Positions 19,043 through 29,856 of a stretch of 64,000 bases of DNA are shown here, piece by piece. Numbering within the stretch: the stretch's first letter is position 1; every line of letters starts with the position of its first letter. The stretch covers positions 480,001 to 544,000 of the forward strand of contig CP169074.1 in the NCBI GenBank assembly GCA_041891055.1. The letters are read 5' to 3'. A program made the translations under genes and the position numbers. Origin of the DNA: Halorutilales archaeon Cl-col2-1. Lineage in GTDB: Archaea; Halobacteriota; Halobacteria; Halobacteriales; Afararchaeaceae. The notes under the pieces are model-generated. The model had not been told where the DNA came from. It saw nothing but the letters and a program-made list of their open reading frames with translations, and did not search any database.

Positions 19043-21796
19043 ATGAAAGAAGGATGGAAGTCGAAGAAAACGGACGAGGTGATAGAAGATATCGGAACCT
19101 CCGAGGAGGGTCTAAGCTCGGAGGAGGTGGAGGCGCGGCTTGAGGAGTACGGCGAGAACGATATACGCGGTGATGAGGGCGTCTCTCCTCTGAGGATACT
19201 CGTCTCACAGTTCGACGACTTCCTGATATATCTCCTCGTGGTCGCGGCTCTCCTGTCTCTCGGCGTCGGACTCCTACCCGGGAGACAGCCCGAGTATGTC
19301 GACGCCGGACTCATAACTGTTATACTCATCGCGAACGGGATCTTCGGCTTCGTCCAGGACTACCGCGCCGAGAAATCGATAGAGGCTCTGCGTGAGCTGT
19401 CGACACCCGACGCTACCGTGGTGAGAGACGGAGAGAAGGTCAGGGTCGACTCGAAACGCGTCGTCCCCGGAGACGTCGTCTTCATCGAACAGGGCGATGC
19501 AGTTCCCGCAGACGCGCGCCTGATCGAGTCACAGAGCTTAGAGGTCGATGAGTCGGCATTAACCGGAGAGAGCACATCGGTGCCAAAGGAGACGGGTGTC
19601 GTCGAGGAGGACACACCTACTGCCGAGACCTCGAACCTCGTCTTCATGAACACGAACGTCGTGAGGGGAAGAGGTAAGGCTGTCGTCGTCGAGACGGGGA
19701 TGGAGACAGAGGTCGGGAAGATAGCGACACAGATCACTCAGGCTGAGGAGAGACAGACTCCGTTCGAGAGGGAGGTCGACAGACTCGGGAGGACAATAGG
19801 CTACGGTGTCGTGGCTCTCATACTTGTAGTCGCAGGCGTACAGTGGGGGTTCACATCGGCATCACTCATTACGGTCTTCCTCGTCTCTATAACACTCGCT
19901 GTCGCCGCAGTACCCGAGGGTCTCCCCGCAGTCGTGACACTCACTCTCGCTCTGGGTTCGAGGAAGATGCTAGACAGGAATGCGATAGTACGTAACCTCC
20001 CCGTCGTCGAGAGCCTCGGGTCGACAGACGTGATCGTGACTGACAAGACGGGAACACTCACCGAGAACCTCATGACGGTCAGACGCGTCTACTTCTCGGA
20101 TGAGACCTACGGTGTCACGGGAACCGGACTCAAGACCCAGGGCGAGTTTGTCGAGGAAGAATCGGAGACCGAAGTCGATCCTGAGGTGGTCGAACCTCTT
20201 CTCAGGGCGGGTGTCGTCTGTAACAACTCCGAGAGATCCCTCAACGACTCCGACGACGACTACTACGGCGATCCCACAGAGATAGCCCTACTCGTCTCGG
20301 CACAGAAAGCGGGTATCGACGTCGGGGTTGGAGACGAGAGACAACGAAGAAGAACCGACGAGGTACCGTTCACCTCGGACAGGAAACGGATGACTGTTAC
20401 AGTGCCCAGCGGTGACGAGAACGGCGGGTACATTTCCTACATGAAGGGAGCTCCCCAGGAAGTTCTCAGCCGGTGTGACACGCATCTCGTCGAGGGTGAT
20501 GCCGTAGAACTCGACGACGAGGCGAGGAAAGATATCAGAGACAGACAGACCGAGTTCGAGGAAGATGCTCTCCGTGTCCTCGGGTTCGCGTACAAGGACG
20601 GACGTGTCTCCGACGAGGACGACGAGGACGGCTTTGTCTTCCTCGGGTTACAGGCTATGATAGATCCGCCGAGGGACGGCGTCAGGGGTGCTGTCGACGA
20701 CTGCCGGAGTGCGGGGATAGATGTTATCATGGTCACGGGCGATGGAATGGGGACGGCTAAGGCAATTGGAGAGGAGGTCGGATTCGATCCCGAGAACGCG
20801 ATGTCGGGGCGCGAGGTCGAGAAGATGGAAGACGACGAGTTACGTGAGGTCGTCGAGGAGACGGAGGTCTTCGCGAGGGTCTCACCGAGCCACAAGGTTC
20901 GTATACTCAAAGCGTCCCAGGAGAACGGTCACAACGTCGCTATGACGGGTGACGGAGTCAACGACGCGCCGGCTCTCAGGAACGCCGACGTCGGTATAGC
21001 GATGGGACAGAGGGGAACAGACGTCGCCCAGCAGGCTTCCGACATGGTTCTGAGAGACGACAACTTCGTGACCATACGTGACGCGATAGCAGAAGGGAGA
21101 GGGATATTCGACAACATACGTAAGTTCGTCAACTACCTACTCTCGGCGAACGCGGGCGAGATCTTGGTCGTGACCTTCGGAATTCTGCTCGGAAGCCTCG
21201 TCTTCCCGGATCTGTTCGCGGGTGCAGGCGAGTCACTCATACTCACACCCGTGATGCTCCTCTGGATAAACCTCGTGACCGACGGACTCCCCGCACTCGC
21301 CCTCGGAGCCGATCCCCATTCTCCGAGCATAATGGAGAGACAGCCCCGACCCAGCGACGAGCCAGTCATCGATCTGAGGATAGGCGCGTCGGTGGTGGGA
21401 ATAGGTCTCGTGACGACACTCACGGGTCTTCCGCTCTTCTTCGAGACTCTCTCACGTACACGTAGCCTCGTCCTCGCACAGACTTCGCTCTTCACCTTCC
21501 TCGTGGCTGCCGAGATGGTACGTATCCAGGTCATACGCCACAGGTACGGTCAGTCGATCTTCTCAAACCCGTGGCTCATCGGCGCTGTGGGTCTCTCGCT
21601 CGTCCTCCATCTCGGCGTCCTCTACACCCCCGTGTCGTCTCTCTTCGAGGTCACACCTCTCGGTGCCGGCGCGTGGCTCAGGATAGGCGTCGGCTTCGTG
21701 GGCTTCCTGGTCTTAAACGTCGTAGTATCGTGGCTCCTCAACCGCTTGGTAACTGACCAAAGCCTCAAGACCCACGATCCGGAGGATATAGTATGA
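19043..21796 (+). CDS. Cation-transporting P-type ATPase (type IIA, Ca2+/Mn2+)
   Basis: LTGES, AVPEGLP, DKTGT, TGDGVND, LWINLVTDGLPA. Confidence 0.95.
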   Translation: MKEGWKSKKTDEVIEDIGTSEEGLSSEEVEARLEEYGENDIRGDEGVSPLRILVSQFDDFLIYLLVVAALLSLGVGLLPGRQPEYVDAGLITVILIANGIFGFVQDYRAEKSIEALRELSTPDATVVRDGEKVRVDSKRVVPGDVVFIEQGDAVPADARLIESQSLEVDESALTGESTSVPKETGVVEEDTPTAETSNLVFMNTNVVRGRGKAVVVETGMETEVGKIATQITQAEERQTPFEREVDRLGRTIGYGVVALILVVAGVQWGFTSASLITVFLVSITLAVAAVPEGLPAVVTLTLALGSRKMLDRNAIVRNLPVVESLGSTDVIVTDKTGTLTENLMTVRRVYFSDETYGVTGTGLKTQGEFVEEESETEVDPEVVEPLLRAGVVCNNSERSLNDSDDDYYGDPTEIALLVSAQKAGIDVGVGDERQRRRTDEVPFTSDRKRMTVTVPSGDENGGYISYMKGAPQEVLSRCDTHLVEGDAVELDDEARKDIRDRQTEFEEDALRVLGFAYKDGRVSDEDDEDGFVFLGLQAMIDPPRDGVRGAVDDCRSAGIDVIMVTGDGMGTAKAIGEEVGFDPENAMSGREVEKMEDDELREVVEETEVFARVSPSHKVRILKASQENGHNVAMTGDGVNDAPALRNADVGIAMGQRGTDVAQQASDMVLRDDNFVTIRDAIAEGRGIFDNIRKFVNYLLSANAGEILVVTFGILLGSLVFPDLFAGAGESLILTPVMLLWINLVTDGLPALALGADPHSPSIMERQPRPSDEPVIDLRIGASVVGIGLVTTLTGLPLFFETLSRTRSLVLAQTSLFTFLVAAEMVRIQVIRHRYGQSIFSNPWLIGAVGLSLVLHLGVLYTPVSSLFEVTPLGAGAWLRIGVGFVGFLVLNVVVSWLLNRLVTDQSLKTHDPEDIV

Positions 21797-22707
21797 TAGC
21801 CGAGGTGCTCCTGTTCGGTCTCGGACTCACAGTTCTCGTCGTCGGTGCTGACACAGCGGTGAGGTCGGCGGGAGACCTCGCACTCTACTACGGTGTCTCA
21901 GCGTTTTTCGTGGGAGTAACAGTCATCTCGATAGGCACGTCAGTTCCCGAGATGACGACTTCGGTCTATGGCGCCGTCTACGGATCGGGAGACCTAGTAG
22001 TCGGAAACATAGTCGGCTCCGAGGTCGCCCAGATCACACTCGCTGTAGGAATCGTGGCTCTGATATCACCCATATCCGCCGAGAGACGGAACACGGCAGT
22101 CTACGGCGGGGCGATGATACTCGCGATGGTGATAATGTATCTCACAGTCGAAGACGGCGTAATAACACGTTCGGAGGGCTTCCTCATGATGCTGTCGTAC
22201 GTCGTCTTCATACACGACCTCTACTCCTCAGAGGGCGGAGAAGAGATAGCCGAGGAGGTAGAGGAGGCTGAACCCCCTAAGAGAGCAGTCCCTCTCATAC
22301 TCTTGGGCGTCGGACTCGTCGTAGTCGGTGGACATCTCTTAGTCACTAACGGAGCCGAGATCGCTCGTCTTGTTGGCGTGCCCGAATACACAGTGGGCGT
22401 CTTGACGGGACTTGGGACGACAACTCCCGAGATAGCAGTCGCAGGTCTCGCCGCACACAGGGGCAAAGCCGGAATATCGGTGGGATCGATACTCGGGAGT
22501 AATATTACCGATCCCGTCTTCTCTCTCGGCGTAGGAGCTCTCGTCTCAGATGTCATAGTCTCGGATGTCGGGTCGGTACTCGTCTCGTCGCGGTATATGA
22601 TTGGCGTCTCGGTCTTTGTCCTCGGACTCCTCTACTGGAGACGAGGGATCAGCCGTCGAACCGCCCTAGTATGTATGGCACTCTATGTCCCGTTCTTCTT
22701 CGTCTAA
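21793..22707 (+). CDS. Sodium:calcium antiporter (CaCA/YrbG)
   Basis: Two alpha repeats GTSVPE/GNIVGS and GTTTPE/GSILGSN. Confidence 0.92.
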   Translation: MIAEVLLFGLGLTVLVVGADTAVRSAGDLALYYGVSAFFVGVTVISIGTSVPEMTTSVYGAVYGSGDLVVGNIVGSEVAQITLAVGIVALISPISAERRNTAVYGGAMILAMVIMYLTVEDGVITRSEGFLMMLSYVVFIHDLYSSEGGEEIAEEVEEAEPPKRAVPLILLGVGLVVVGGHLLVTNGAEIARLVGVPEYTVGVLTGLGTTTPEIAVAGLAAHRGKAGISVGSILGSNITDPVFSLGVGALVSDVIVSDVGSVLVSSRYMIGVSVFVLGLLYWRRGISRRTALVCMALYVPFFFV

Positions 22708-22752
22708 AACTCCATAAATATAAGAAGACAGACCGCGGATACGGGACACGGA

Positions 22753-24090
22753 ATGGAATCCGAGAAGCTCGGTCTCAAGGAGGTCGTCGCCATGGGTGTC
22801 GGCGGTATGGTCTCTGGAGGCATCTACGCTGCACTCGGGGTTGCGATGCGTCAGGCGGGGAACGCCGTCCCAGTCTCGTACCTTCTCGCAGGCGTCATCA
22901 CGCTCCTCACTGCGTACTCGTACGTCAAGCTCACAGTCCACTTCGGAGAGAAGGGCGGTGCTTTCGCCTTCATCGACCACACGACGGAGAACCCGCATAT
23001 AGCAGGCGTCACGGGATGGGTTCTGATAGTAGGGTACGTCGGCGTGATGGCGATGTACGCCTTCGCATTCGGGGCTTATACATTGACCGCGGCGCGCGAG
23101 ATCGCGTCCGTCAGCCTGCCTCAGATACTCAGACCCATGATCTCTGTGGGAATCGTGGGGCTCCTCGTAGGTCTCAACCTCGCCGGGGTGAGAGAGACAG
23201 GCTTGTTCGAGGACATAGCAGTATATCTCAAAATAGTAATACTTCTGTCCCTCGCGTCTCTCGGAGTCGTCTTCTACGACGGCAGCCTCGCGGCTGTCGA
23301 CTTCTTCAACAAGGGATACGTGAGTCCAGTCACGGGTTTCGCTGTGATCTTCGTGTCATACGAGGGCTTTCAGCTCCTGACATACGACTACAACGACATA
23401 GAGAACGTCGAGACTAACCTCCGACGTGGCATATACATAGCCATCGCCATAGCCATCCTCATCTACGTCTCGGTGTCCTTCATGGCGACCCTACATCTTA
23501 CCCCCGAACAGCTAGTCGAACACAAGGAGACAGCACTCGCAAAGGCGGTCTCGAACATACCCGTACTCGGGGGTGCGGGCTTCATTCTCGTGATTCTGTC
23601 GGCGATGAAAAGCACGTCTTCGGGGATAAACGCCACACTCTTCGGCGCTTCAAGGCTCGCACACAAGGTCGCAACCGAGGGGAAGATGCCACAGGTATTC
23701 TCGTTCCGTGACAGACACGGAGTGCCCAAGTACGCCCTCGTCGTGATGGGGGTTCTCACGGCGATCTTCGCCGCACTCGGCACCCTGAGACAGATAACCG
23801 AGTTCGGCTCTGTCGCATTTCTGATCTCCGACGCGATAGCCAACTACACCAACCTCAGAATCTACGACGAGACGGGGTCGAATCCCGTATTCCCCGCTCT
23901 CGGATTAGTCGGTACAGTCGTTGCGATACCCATAGTTCTCCACCACCTCTACGTACATGAGTTCGGTGTCTTTGTCTCTGTGGTAGGAATATTCGCGGCT
24001 GTCTTAGTCCTCGAATTCTTCTACCTCGAACGTGAGTCGGTCGAAAAGGGGGTCAAGGAGATAGAAGATGGAGTGAAGGACAGGATATAG
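22753..24090 (+). CDS. APC family amino-acid permease
   Basis: GVGGMVSGGIY, FVSYEGFQ, ~12 TM. Confidence 0.9.
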   Translation: MESEKLGLKEVVAMGVGGMVSGGIYAALGVAMRQAGNAVPVSYLLAGVITLLTAYSYVKLTVHFGEKGGAFAFIDHTTENPHIAGVTGWVLIVGYVGVMAMYAFAFGAYTLTAAREIASVSLPQILRPMISVGIVGLLVGLNLAGVRETGLFEDIAVYLKIVILLSLASLGVVFYDGSLAAVDFFNKGYVSPVTGFAVIFVSYEGFQLLTYDYNDIENVETNLRRGIYIAIAIAILIYVSVSFMATLHLTPEQLVEHKETALAKAVSNIPVLGGAGFILVILSAMKSTSSGINATLFGASRLAHKVATEGKMPQVFSFRDRHGVPKYALVVMGVLTAIFAALGTLRQITEFGSVAFLISDAIANYTNLRIYDETGSNPVFPALGLVGTVVAIPIVLHHLYVHEFGVFVSVVGIFAAVLVLEFFYLERESVEKGVKEIEDGVKDRI

Positions 24091-24097
24091 ATAGCTA

Positions 24098-24871
24098 CTA
24101 CTCGTCACTCTCGTTCTCGTCTTTATTACAGTCACACTGCTTACGTTTACGTAGATGTTTGATGGTCTCAGAAGCCTCGTTAACAGTTCCTATTAGAGTG
24201 GTTATTTCCCTCTTAGTGGGATGGCACCTACCGAGGACACGTCTCATCATTCTCGCTGTCTTTTCGCGTCTTCCCTCGGGATGGTCGACCGCTGCGAGGA
24301 GATCTCCGAAGACGGTGTGGAACCTCTCTATGTACTCGTCGTCTGCCCTGTCGTGTCTCTGTTTCTGTCTCTCGTTGTCGTTGTCGTCTTCTTGAGACTT
24401 CCTCATCTCGTAGAGAGCGACAGTGACAGCCTGTCCGAGGTTGAGAGACGGATACTCGGGGTTCGCGGGTATCGAACAGACACGGTCGAGACGTCCTATC
24501 TCCTCGTTGGTGAGTCCCGTCGACTCCCTACCGAAGACTAGTGCGACTTTGGCATCCAGATCCTCAATCTCGTAACGTATCTCCTCGGGAGTCGTATAAG
24601 GGAACCTTGCGTGCTGTTTGGGTGAGCCCGTCGTCGCCGTAAATCCCACGGTGTAGTAGCTCTCGACGACCTCATCGAACCCCACGGATCGGCGCGACCT
24701 GAGTACGTCGTCGGCGTCCTGTGCGAAGCCGTACGCCTCGTCGCCCTCCTCTATACCGGGAGGGTCTACCACGAGGAGTTCGTCAAAGCCGAAGTTCTTG
24801 ACAGCCCTCGCCGCAGTACCGACGTTCCCCGGAGTCTCGGGATCAACTAAGACGACTGAGAGCTTCGGCAT
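24098..24871 (-). CDS. trmJ: SPOUT tRNA methyltransferase TrmJ family
   Basis: PGNVG, VFGRESTGLTNEE, YPSLNLGQAV. Confidence 0.9.
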   Translation of the reverse strand: MPKLSVVLVDPETPGNVGTAARAVKNFGFDELLVVDPPGIEEGDEAYGFAQDADDVLRSRRSVGFDEVVESYYTVGFTATTGSPKQHARFPYTTPEEIRYEIEDLDAKVALVFGRESTGLTNEEIGRLDRVCSIPANPEYPSLNLGQAVTVALYEMRKSQEDDNDNERQKQRHDRADDEYIERFHTVFGDLLAAVDHPEGRREKTARMMRRVLGRCHPTKREITTLIGTVNEASETIKHLRKRKQCDCNKDENESDE

Positions 24872-24878
24872 ACCTCAC

Positions 24879-25370
24879 TCAGTCGAGATTCTCGTTCTGG
24901 TGTGACCCTGAGTAGGTCTCCGAAAGCTTCTCGGTCTTCTCGAAGACTATCTGGCAGATCCTCATGTCCGCCTGTATCTCCATAGGAACGTCGATCCTCA
25001 GACCGCCTTCTCCTCTTCCCTTGTAGCCCGAGTCCCAGACAGCAGTGAAGAGCATACCGCCGCTCCTCATGAGCCTGCTCCGCGGGTAGACGAATCCGAC
25101 GTGGTTCTCGGGTATCTCGACGACCTCGGCGTACTCGACTACGTAAGAGCCGGGTTCGAGCGAGTAGAACTCCCCTCCGTCTCTCTCCTCTGTCTCAATA
25201 CGTCTCCTATCGGGCTTGTCGTAGTCGTCGTCGGTAAGAGTGGCTCGGGTCTCGTGTCTGTATATCTCCCGTATGCTGAGGTCGAAGCCGTTAGGCTGTA
25301 TCGCCTCGTCGAAGTCGGTCGAGTCGGCTGGCTCGATGTGGTCAGCGACGAAGCTACCGGATCTTATCAT
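24879..25370 (-). CDS. dUTPase / dCTP deaminase family protein
   Basis: QPNGFDL, PRSRLMR, WDSGYKG, RICQIVF. Confidence 0.9.
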   Translation of the reverse strand: MIRSGSFVADHIEPADSTDFDEAIQPNGFDLSIREIYRHETRATLTDDDYDKPDRRRIETEERDGGEFYSLEPGSYVVEYAEVVEIPENHVGFVYPRSRLMRSGGMLFTAVWDSGYKGRGEGGLRIDVPMEIQADMRICQIVFEKTEKLSETYSGSHQNENLD

Positions 25371-25442
25371 ATACCCAGTTCGAAGTCGGAGGTAACAAAC
25401 CTCCCGGAATCGGATCGGGAGACGGGGACTTCCCGTTACTCC

Positions 25443-26195
25443 TTACTTTTTCTCCGCAACGCGGCGGGCTCCGAAGAACAAGAGGGAGGCTAGGACTCCG
25501 ACGACACCGAAGCCGGGCATTCCGTTTCCGTCCTCGGCACCTTCTCCGTCAGCTTGGCTGTCTTCTCCTTCTGCACCTCCATCACCACCATCTCCTTCCT
25601 CCGATACGTAGACAACGCCGAGTGTCCGGTCAACCTCGACAGGACCTTCGAGAGTTACCGTGTTTCCGTCCACGGCTCCCTCTGGAATCTCCGAGTCGCC
25701 CTCCGAGAGACTGTATCCCTCGGGAGCTACCACGGATAGGCTCTGTCCCTCGGAGAGGCTGAGACCTCCCTCGAAGACGTCGCCCACGTAGACTCGGCTG
25801 TCGTCAACACGCCCGAAGTTCTCCCAGCTTAGTGTGATTGAGATGGTTCCCGTCTCGCCGTCTCTGGTTCCTTCTACTGACTCAACCGAGACCGACATAT
25901 CCCTCTCGACTTCTTCCGACGCTCTCTCGGCGAACGACTCGAAGGGGGCGGCGGCTTCGGCTCCCATCTCATCGAGCCTCGTCTGGTTCGAGAGTATCGA
26001 GTCGAAGGCTCGTCTCTCGGACTGTGTACCGAGCGAGACGTGGTTGTCTATGACCAAGTCTGCGTCGCCGTTGTCGTCGATGTCTATCTGTATGTCGGTC
26101 TGGCTAGGGTTCTGTGCCGAGACAGAGACCGCGACTGCCGATAACGCGATAAGGAGTAGGAGACTGACGCCTAAGAGCCGCAGTCTACGGCTCAT
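25443..26195 (-). CDS. Surface protein with PGF-CTERM sorting signal (DUF4897-like)
   Basis: Signal peptide; C-terminal MPGFGVVGVLASLLFFGARR. Confidence 0.85.
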   Translation of the reverse strand: MSRRLRLLGVSLLLLIALSAVAVSVSAQNPSQTDIQIDIDDNGDADLVIDNHVSLGTQSERRAFDSILSNQTRLDEMGAEAAAPFESFAERASEEVERDMSVSVESVEGTRDGETGTISITLSWENFGRVDDSRVYVGDVFEGGLSLSEGQSLSVVAPEGYSLSEGDSEIPEGAVDGNTVTLEGPVEVDRTLGVVYVSEEGDGGDGGAEGEDSQADGEGAEDGNGMPGFGVVGVLASLLFFGARRVAEKK

Positions 26196-27082
26196 CTTCT
26201 GTCACCTCCCTGCCCTTGTCCATCCATTCCCACGGCTCCGTTCGAGCCTGGGTTACTCCCTCCCCCTCCCCCTCCGCGATCGGAGTTCTGACCTCCGTTC
26301 ATACTTTGACTCCCCTGTTGTGCTCCGTTACTCCCCGACCCGTTCGTGTTGTCTGCCTGCTGTCCCTGACCCGGGGCTCGGTCGGTTCTGTTTGTGTCGA
26401 CCGGGGGAGCGTGGACACGGTCACGGCTGAGGTTGCGTGCTCTCTGGGCGACCTCGTGTCCCGTCATGTTACTCGCGTTCCTCGCGAGACTCATCGCACG
26501 TCTCGCCGTCTCGACTGGCCCTAATCCACGCGGATGTGTCGGTGTCTCGTTACCGACGATTCCACGTGCGAGACCCCGTGTCTGGTTGAGACGGCTTCTG
26601 TTGAGGCTGACGTTACGTCTCTCGGATACATTCTCGACGCGTCCGAGGCTACGCCCGGCTTCGGAGACCCTCGTGTTTATCTCAGCCATCCTCATCGCGA
26701 ACTCGGTAGGGGATATACTCCCGTTCTGAAGCTCTTCTACGAGGCGTTCACGTTCCTGGTGTGCGTCGGCTATCTCCTCGTGAATCATCTCCACCTCACG
26801 TTCGGCGACCCTCGACCTGTTGGTCTCGGAGGCGTTCTCGAAGGCTAGGCGGAAAGACTCACGTTCGACTGCGCCCTCAACGTATCCCCTCTGGGATCTG
26901 AGAGCGATGCTTATCTCGTGTCCGAGTCCGAGACCCGGTGGTTCGGACTGTGTGACGTTCGTGGCGTTCGTGTCCGTGTCGTCGGCGTCCTGCGCGGCTA
27001 CCGAGATCGTCCCTGCGACTACGATCCCGGTTAAGACGACTAATACGGCTAATACCGCGACACGTATGTCTATATCAGACAT
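26192..27082 (-). CDS. Secreted/anchored helical protein with low-complexity G/N/Q tail
   Basis: Signal peptide, many N-x-S/T sequons, overlaps next gene. Confidence 0.75.
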   Translation of the reverse strand: MSDIDIRVAVLAVLVVLTGIVVAGTISVAAQDADDTDTNATNVTQSEPPGLGLGHEISIALRSQRGYVEGAVERESFRLAFENASETNRSRVAEREVEMIHEEIADAHQERERLVEELQNGSISPTEFAMRMAEINTRVSEAGRSLGRVENVSERRNVSLNRSRLNQTRGLARGIVGNETPTHPRGLGPVETARRAMSLARNASNMTGHEVAQRARNLSRDRVHAPPVDTNRTDRAPGQGQQADNTNGSGSNGAQQGSQSMNGGQNSDRGGGGGGSNPGSNGAVGMDGQGQGGDRR

Positions 27083-27188
27083 GGGCTCCCTTACCTAACC
27101 CAGGCTTATATATCTACCTGCGCCCCAAACGTCTGTCTCTCGGGTGTCAGTCTTAACATAAATAAGGGACTGACACAAAGACGGTTCT

Positions 27189-27824
27189 ATGTTGATAGCC
27201 TTCGACTTCGACGGAACGCTCTCTGACTCAGAGATGACTGTACTTCTGGGTGAGGAAAAGGACGTAGCCGAGGAGATAGCCGGAATTACCGACAGGGCGA
27301 TGAACGGCGAGATAGGATACGCCGAGAGTCTGAGACAGCGGATAGAGCTTCTCGAAGGTCTTCCCGAAGAGAGGATGAACCACGCCTTCGAGAGAATAAA
27401 GTTCCACGAGGGCGCAGCCGACCTCATAAACGACCTGCGTGACGCGGGAGTCTTCGTCGCCATACTCACGGGGGGATTCGAGAGGGGAGTCGAGTCGGTT
27501 CTCGAACGCAACGGTATAGAGGTCGACGAGATAGTCGCCAACAGGCTCGTCCTCGAAAACGGTGCCCTCACGGGTGAGGTTGAGGGAAGCCTCATAGAGG
27601 GAACCAAGGACGAGGCTCTCGAACGTCTGGCTACGTCAGAGGGGGTAGACCTCGAAGACACAATGGCTGTCGGCGACGGTGCGAACGACCTTCCGATGCT
27701 CAGAATTGCCGGCGATGCGATAGGATACGAGCCGAAGCCTACTGTCCGCGAGGAGTGTGACACAGTCGTGGCTTCTGTCGAGGAGCTAAGACGTCTCCTC
27801 GAAGAGAAAGGAGTCCTCGGGTAG
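27189..27824 (+). CDS. serB: Phosphoserine phosphatase
   Basis: FDFDGTL, AMNGEIGY, GDGANDLPM. Confidence 0.95.
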   Translation: MLIAFDFDGTLSDSEMTVLLGEEKDVAEEIAGITDRAMNGEIGYAESLRQRIELLEGLPEERMNHAFERIKFHEGAADLINDLRDAGVFVAILTGGFERGVESVLERNGIEVDEIVANRLVLENGALTGEVEGSLIEGTKDEALERLATSEGVDLEDTMAVGDGANDLPMLRIAGDAIGYEPKPTVREECDTVVASVEELRRLLEEKGVLG

Positions 27825-27862
27825 ATTTTTTAGTTTTCAGTCTGAGTTTGACGGCTCATACC

Positions 27863-29104
27863 TCACGTCGATGTAGCCTCGGACTCTGTCTCTTCTGACA
27901 CGGGTGTCTCCCAGACTAGGATCGCTCCTGACCCGAGTATCAGGACGACACCGCCCACGAAGAGTGCGAAGAGAGGCGAGACGTAGTCCGAAATCACTCC
28001 GCTTCCGAGCTGGAACGGGACGACTGCGAGACCGCTGACCATTGCCATCCCGCTCAGAACCGTGGCTCTTCCTAAGGTGGCTATCCTGTCGTTCACGTAC
28101 TGTCCCGCGAACGACTTAGTAACGTCCGAGAGTCCTCTTACGAACAGAAACGTCAGAAGCGAAAGCACAGGGAAGAAGTACATTCCCACGAGTGCGGCTC
28201 CGACACCGAACGGCAGGTAGAGGAACCAAGCTCGGACGCCGATGTACTCCTTTATCGCCCCCGCGTAGTAACTGATCACAGCCCCCAGGAGACTGTAAGC
28301 CGCGTAGAACCATCCGAGGAGTGACTCGACCTGGCTCGCGGCGACACCCAGATCTACGACGACCGTCTCGAATATGGGCTGGAGAAAAACGAATATCAGG
28401 TAGGTGACCGCGGAGTAGAGGACATAGTAGTAGACGACGAACGCCCTGAGGTTCTTCTGTGAAACAGCGTCTCTGACGATCCGCGCGGTTCTGCGGAGAC
28501 TCAGGCTCTCTGTGTCAGCGGCTTCGTAGGTCTCGGGCTCGTCGACTGTCACGAGGACTAAGGCTCCCAAGAAGGTGACAGCCGCTCCTACGAACCACGG
28601 GTACGAGAGGTCGATGCCTCCGAGGTAGCCGCCCACGACAGCCGCGACGGCTCCCGTTCCGAGAGAGACTGCCTCTCCTCTACCGCGTACGTGGGCGAAT
28701 CTCTCCGATCCCAGGTCGTCGATCAGAGTGTCGTAGAGCCAGGCGTCCTCACTCCCCGACCGGAAGTTATACCCCGTAGACCAGAAGACATAGAGGAGTA
28801 CGACGGTGGCGAAAGACTCCGAGAGACCGATCCCTACGAGTGTCACCGAGATGAGGAGGGTTCCGATCAGAAGACTGTTGCGTCGTCCGACCCGGTCGCC
28901 CACGTATCCCGTCGGAATTTCGCCCACTACCGTCGTTATGTTATAGACGGCTTCGAGGATTGCTATCTGTGTGAAACTAAAACCATTCGAGAGGAAGAAG
29001 AGGTACATGATAGGACGGTAGAACTCGTCGGCTCGCGTCGACTTGTAGAGGTAGTACTTGAGTATACTGCCTAACTCGGAGTGTTTACTGCCTGGGACGT
29101 CCAT
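27863..29104 (-). CDS. MFS transporter
   Basis: EIPTGYVGDRVGRR motif A; ~12 TM. Confidence 0.92.
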   Translation of the reverse strand: MDVPGSKHSELGSILKYYLYKSTRADEFYRPIMYLFFLSNGFSFTQIAILEAVYNITTVVGEIPTGYVGDRVGRRNSLLIGTLLISVTLVGIGLSESFATVVLLYVFWSTGYNFRSGSEDAWLYDTLIDDLGSERFAHVRGRGEAVSLGTGAVAAVVGGYLGGIDLSYPWFVGAAVTFLGALVLVTVDEPETYEAADTESLSLRRTARIVRDAVSQKNLRAFVVYYYVLYSAVTYLIFVFLQPIFETVVVDLGVAASQVESLLGWFYAAYSLLGAVISYYAGAIKEYIGVRAWFLYLPFGVGAALVGMYFFPVLSLLTFLFVRGLSDVTKSFAGQYVNDRIATLGRATVLSGMAMVSGLAVVPFQLGSGVISDYVSPLFALFVGGVVLILGSGAILVWETPVSEETESEATST

Positions 29105-29153
29105 CGAACATATCCAGCTTCGACAGGACAGACCAACTTTCTTCCGGTTCTAG

Positions 29154-29606
29154 TCAGTCAAAGTTCTCGTAGCCGAGGTACTCGTCAGGACTGTCCCAGC
29201 CTTCTCTGTCTTCGAGACTGTGTGCTTCCTTGAGTATCTCGTTCTGGCTGTAGACTATGTCCATGAGAGTGACTACTCCTTCGAGTTTGAGACTGTCCAT
29301 CACGACGAGCTTCTTCACCGAGTTGGACTTCATCTTCTCACTAGCAGTTCTCACCGAAACGTCGGGCTCGACGGTGACGAGAGGTGAGCTCATGACATCC
29401 GAGAGAACCACGTCGGTGAAAGGCTTCTGTGTCTCGTAGGTGTGTTTTAACACGTCGCTCTCGGTCATTATCCCCGTCGGATCACCGCTCTGTGTAACTA
29501 CTACGCTTCCGACACGGTTCTCCAGCATCTTACCAACCCCCTCCTGAACCGTATCGTCGACCTCGGCTTTCACTACGTCTTTCGACATTATCTCCTCTAC
29601 AAGCAT
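29154..29606 (-). CDS. CBS domain protein
   Basis: Tandem CBS repeats (GIMTESD, MSSPLVTV). Confidence 0.9.
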   Translation of the reverse strand: MLVEEIMSKDVVKAEVDDTVQEGVGKMLENRVGSVVVTQSGDPTGIMTESDVLKHTYETQKPFTDVVLSDVMSSPLVTVEPDVSVRTASEKMKSNSVKKLVVMDSLKLEGVVTLMDIVYSQNEILKEAHSLEDREGWDSPDEYLGYENFD

Positions 29607-29690
29607 GGCTTCCCGTACCGTATACGTGAAAATATATCTGTGGGTGGTGTCAGTCGAAATGTCTTATCGGGAGTTAAAGTAAACGAAGTA

Positions 29691-29773
29691 CGCCGAGGGA
29701 GGGATTTGAACCCCCGTGGCTTGAAGCCACACGCTTTCCAGGCGTGCGCCCTGCCAGACTAGGCGACCTCGGC
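29691..29773 (-). tRNA. tRNA-Ser(GGA)
   Basis: Reverse complement GCCGAGG...CACGC-CT-GGA-AA-GCGTG, long variable arm GTGGCTTCAAGCCAC, GGTTCAAATCC, CCTCGGCG. Confidence 0.95.
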
Positions 29774-29856
29774 TCATCCAGTCGTATGGGGTTCGGGATT
29801 TAAAAGCTTCCGTTAGAACGCCGAAGTTATTAGTCCTCACGACCTCGTAATACTCA

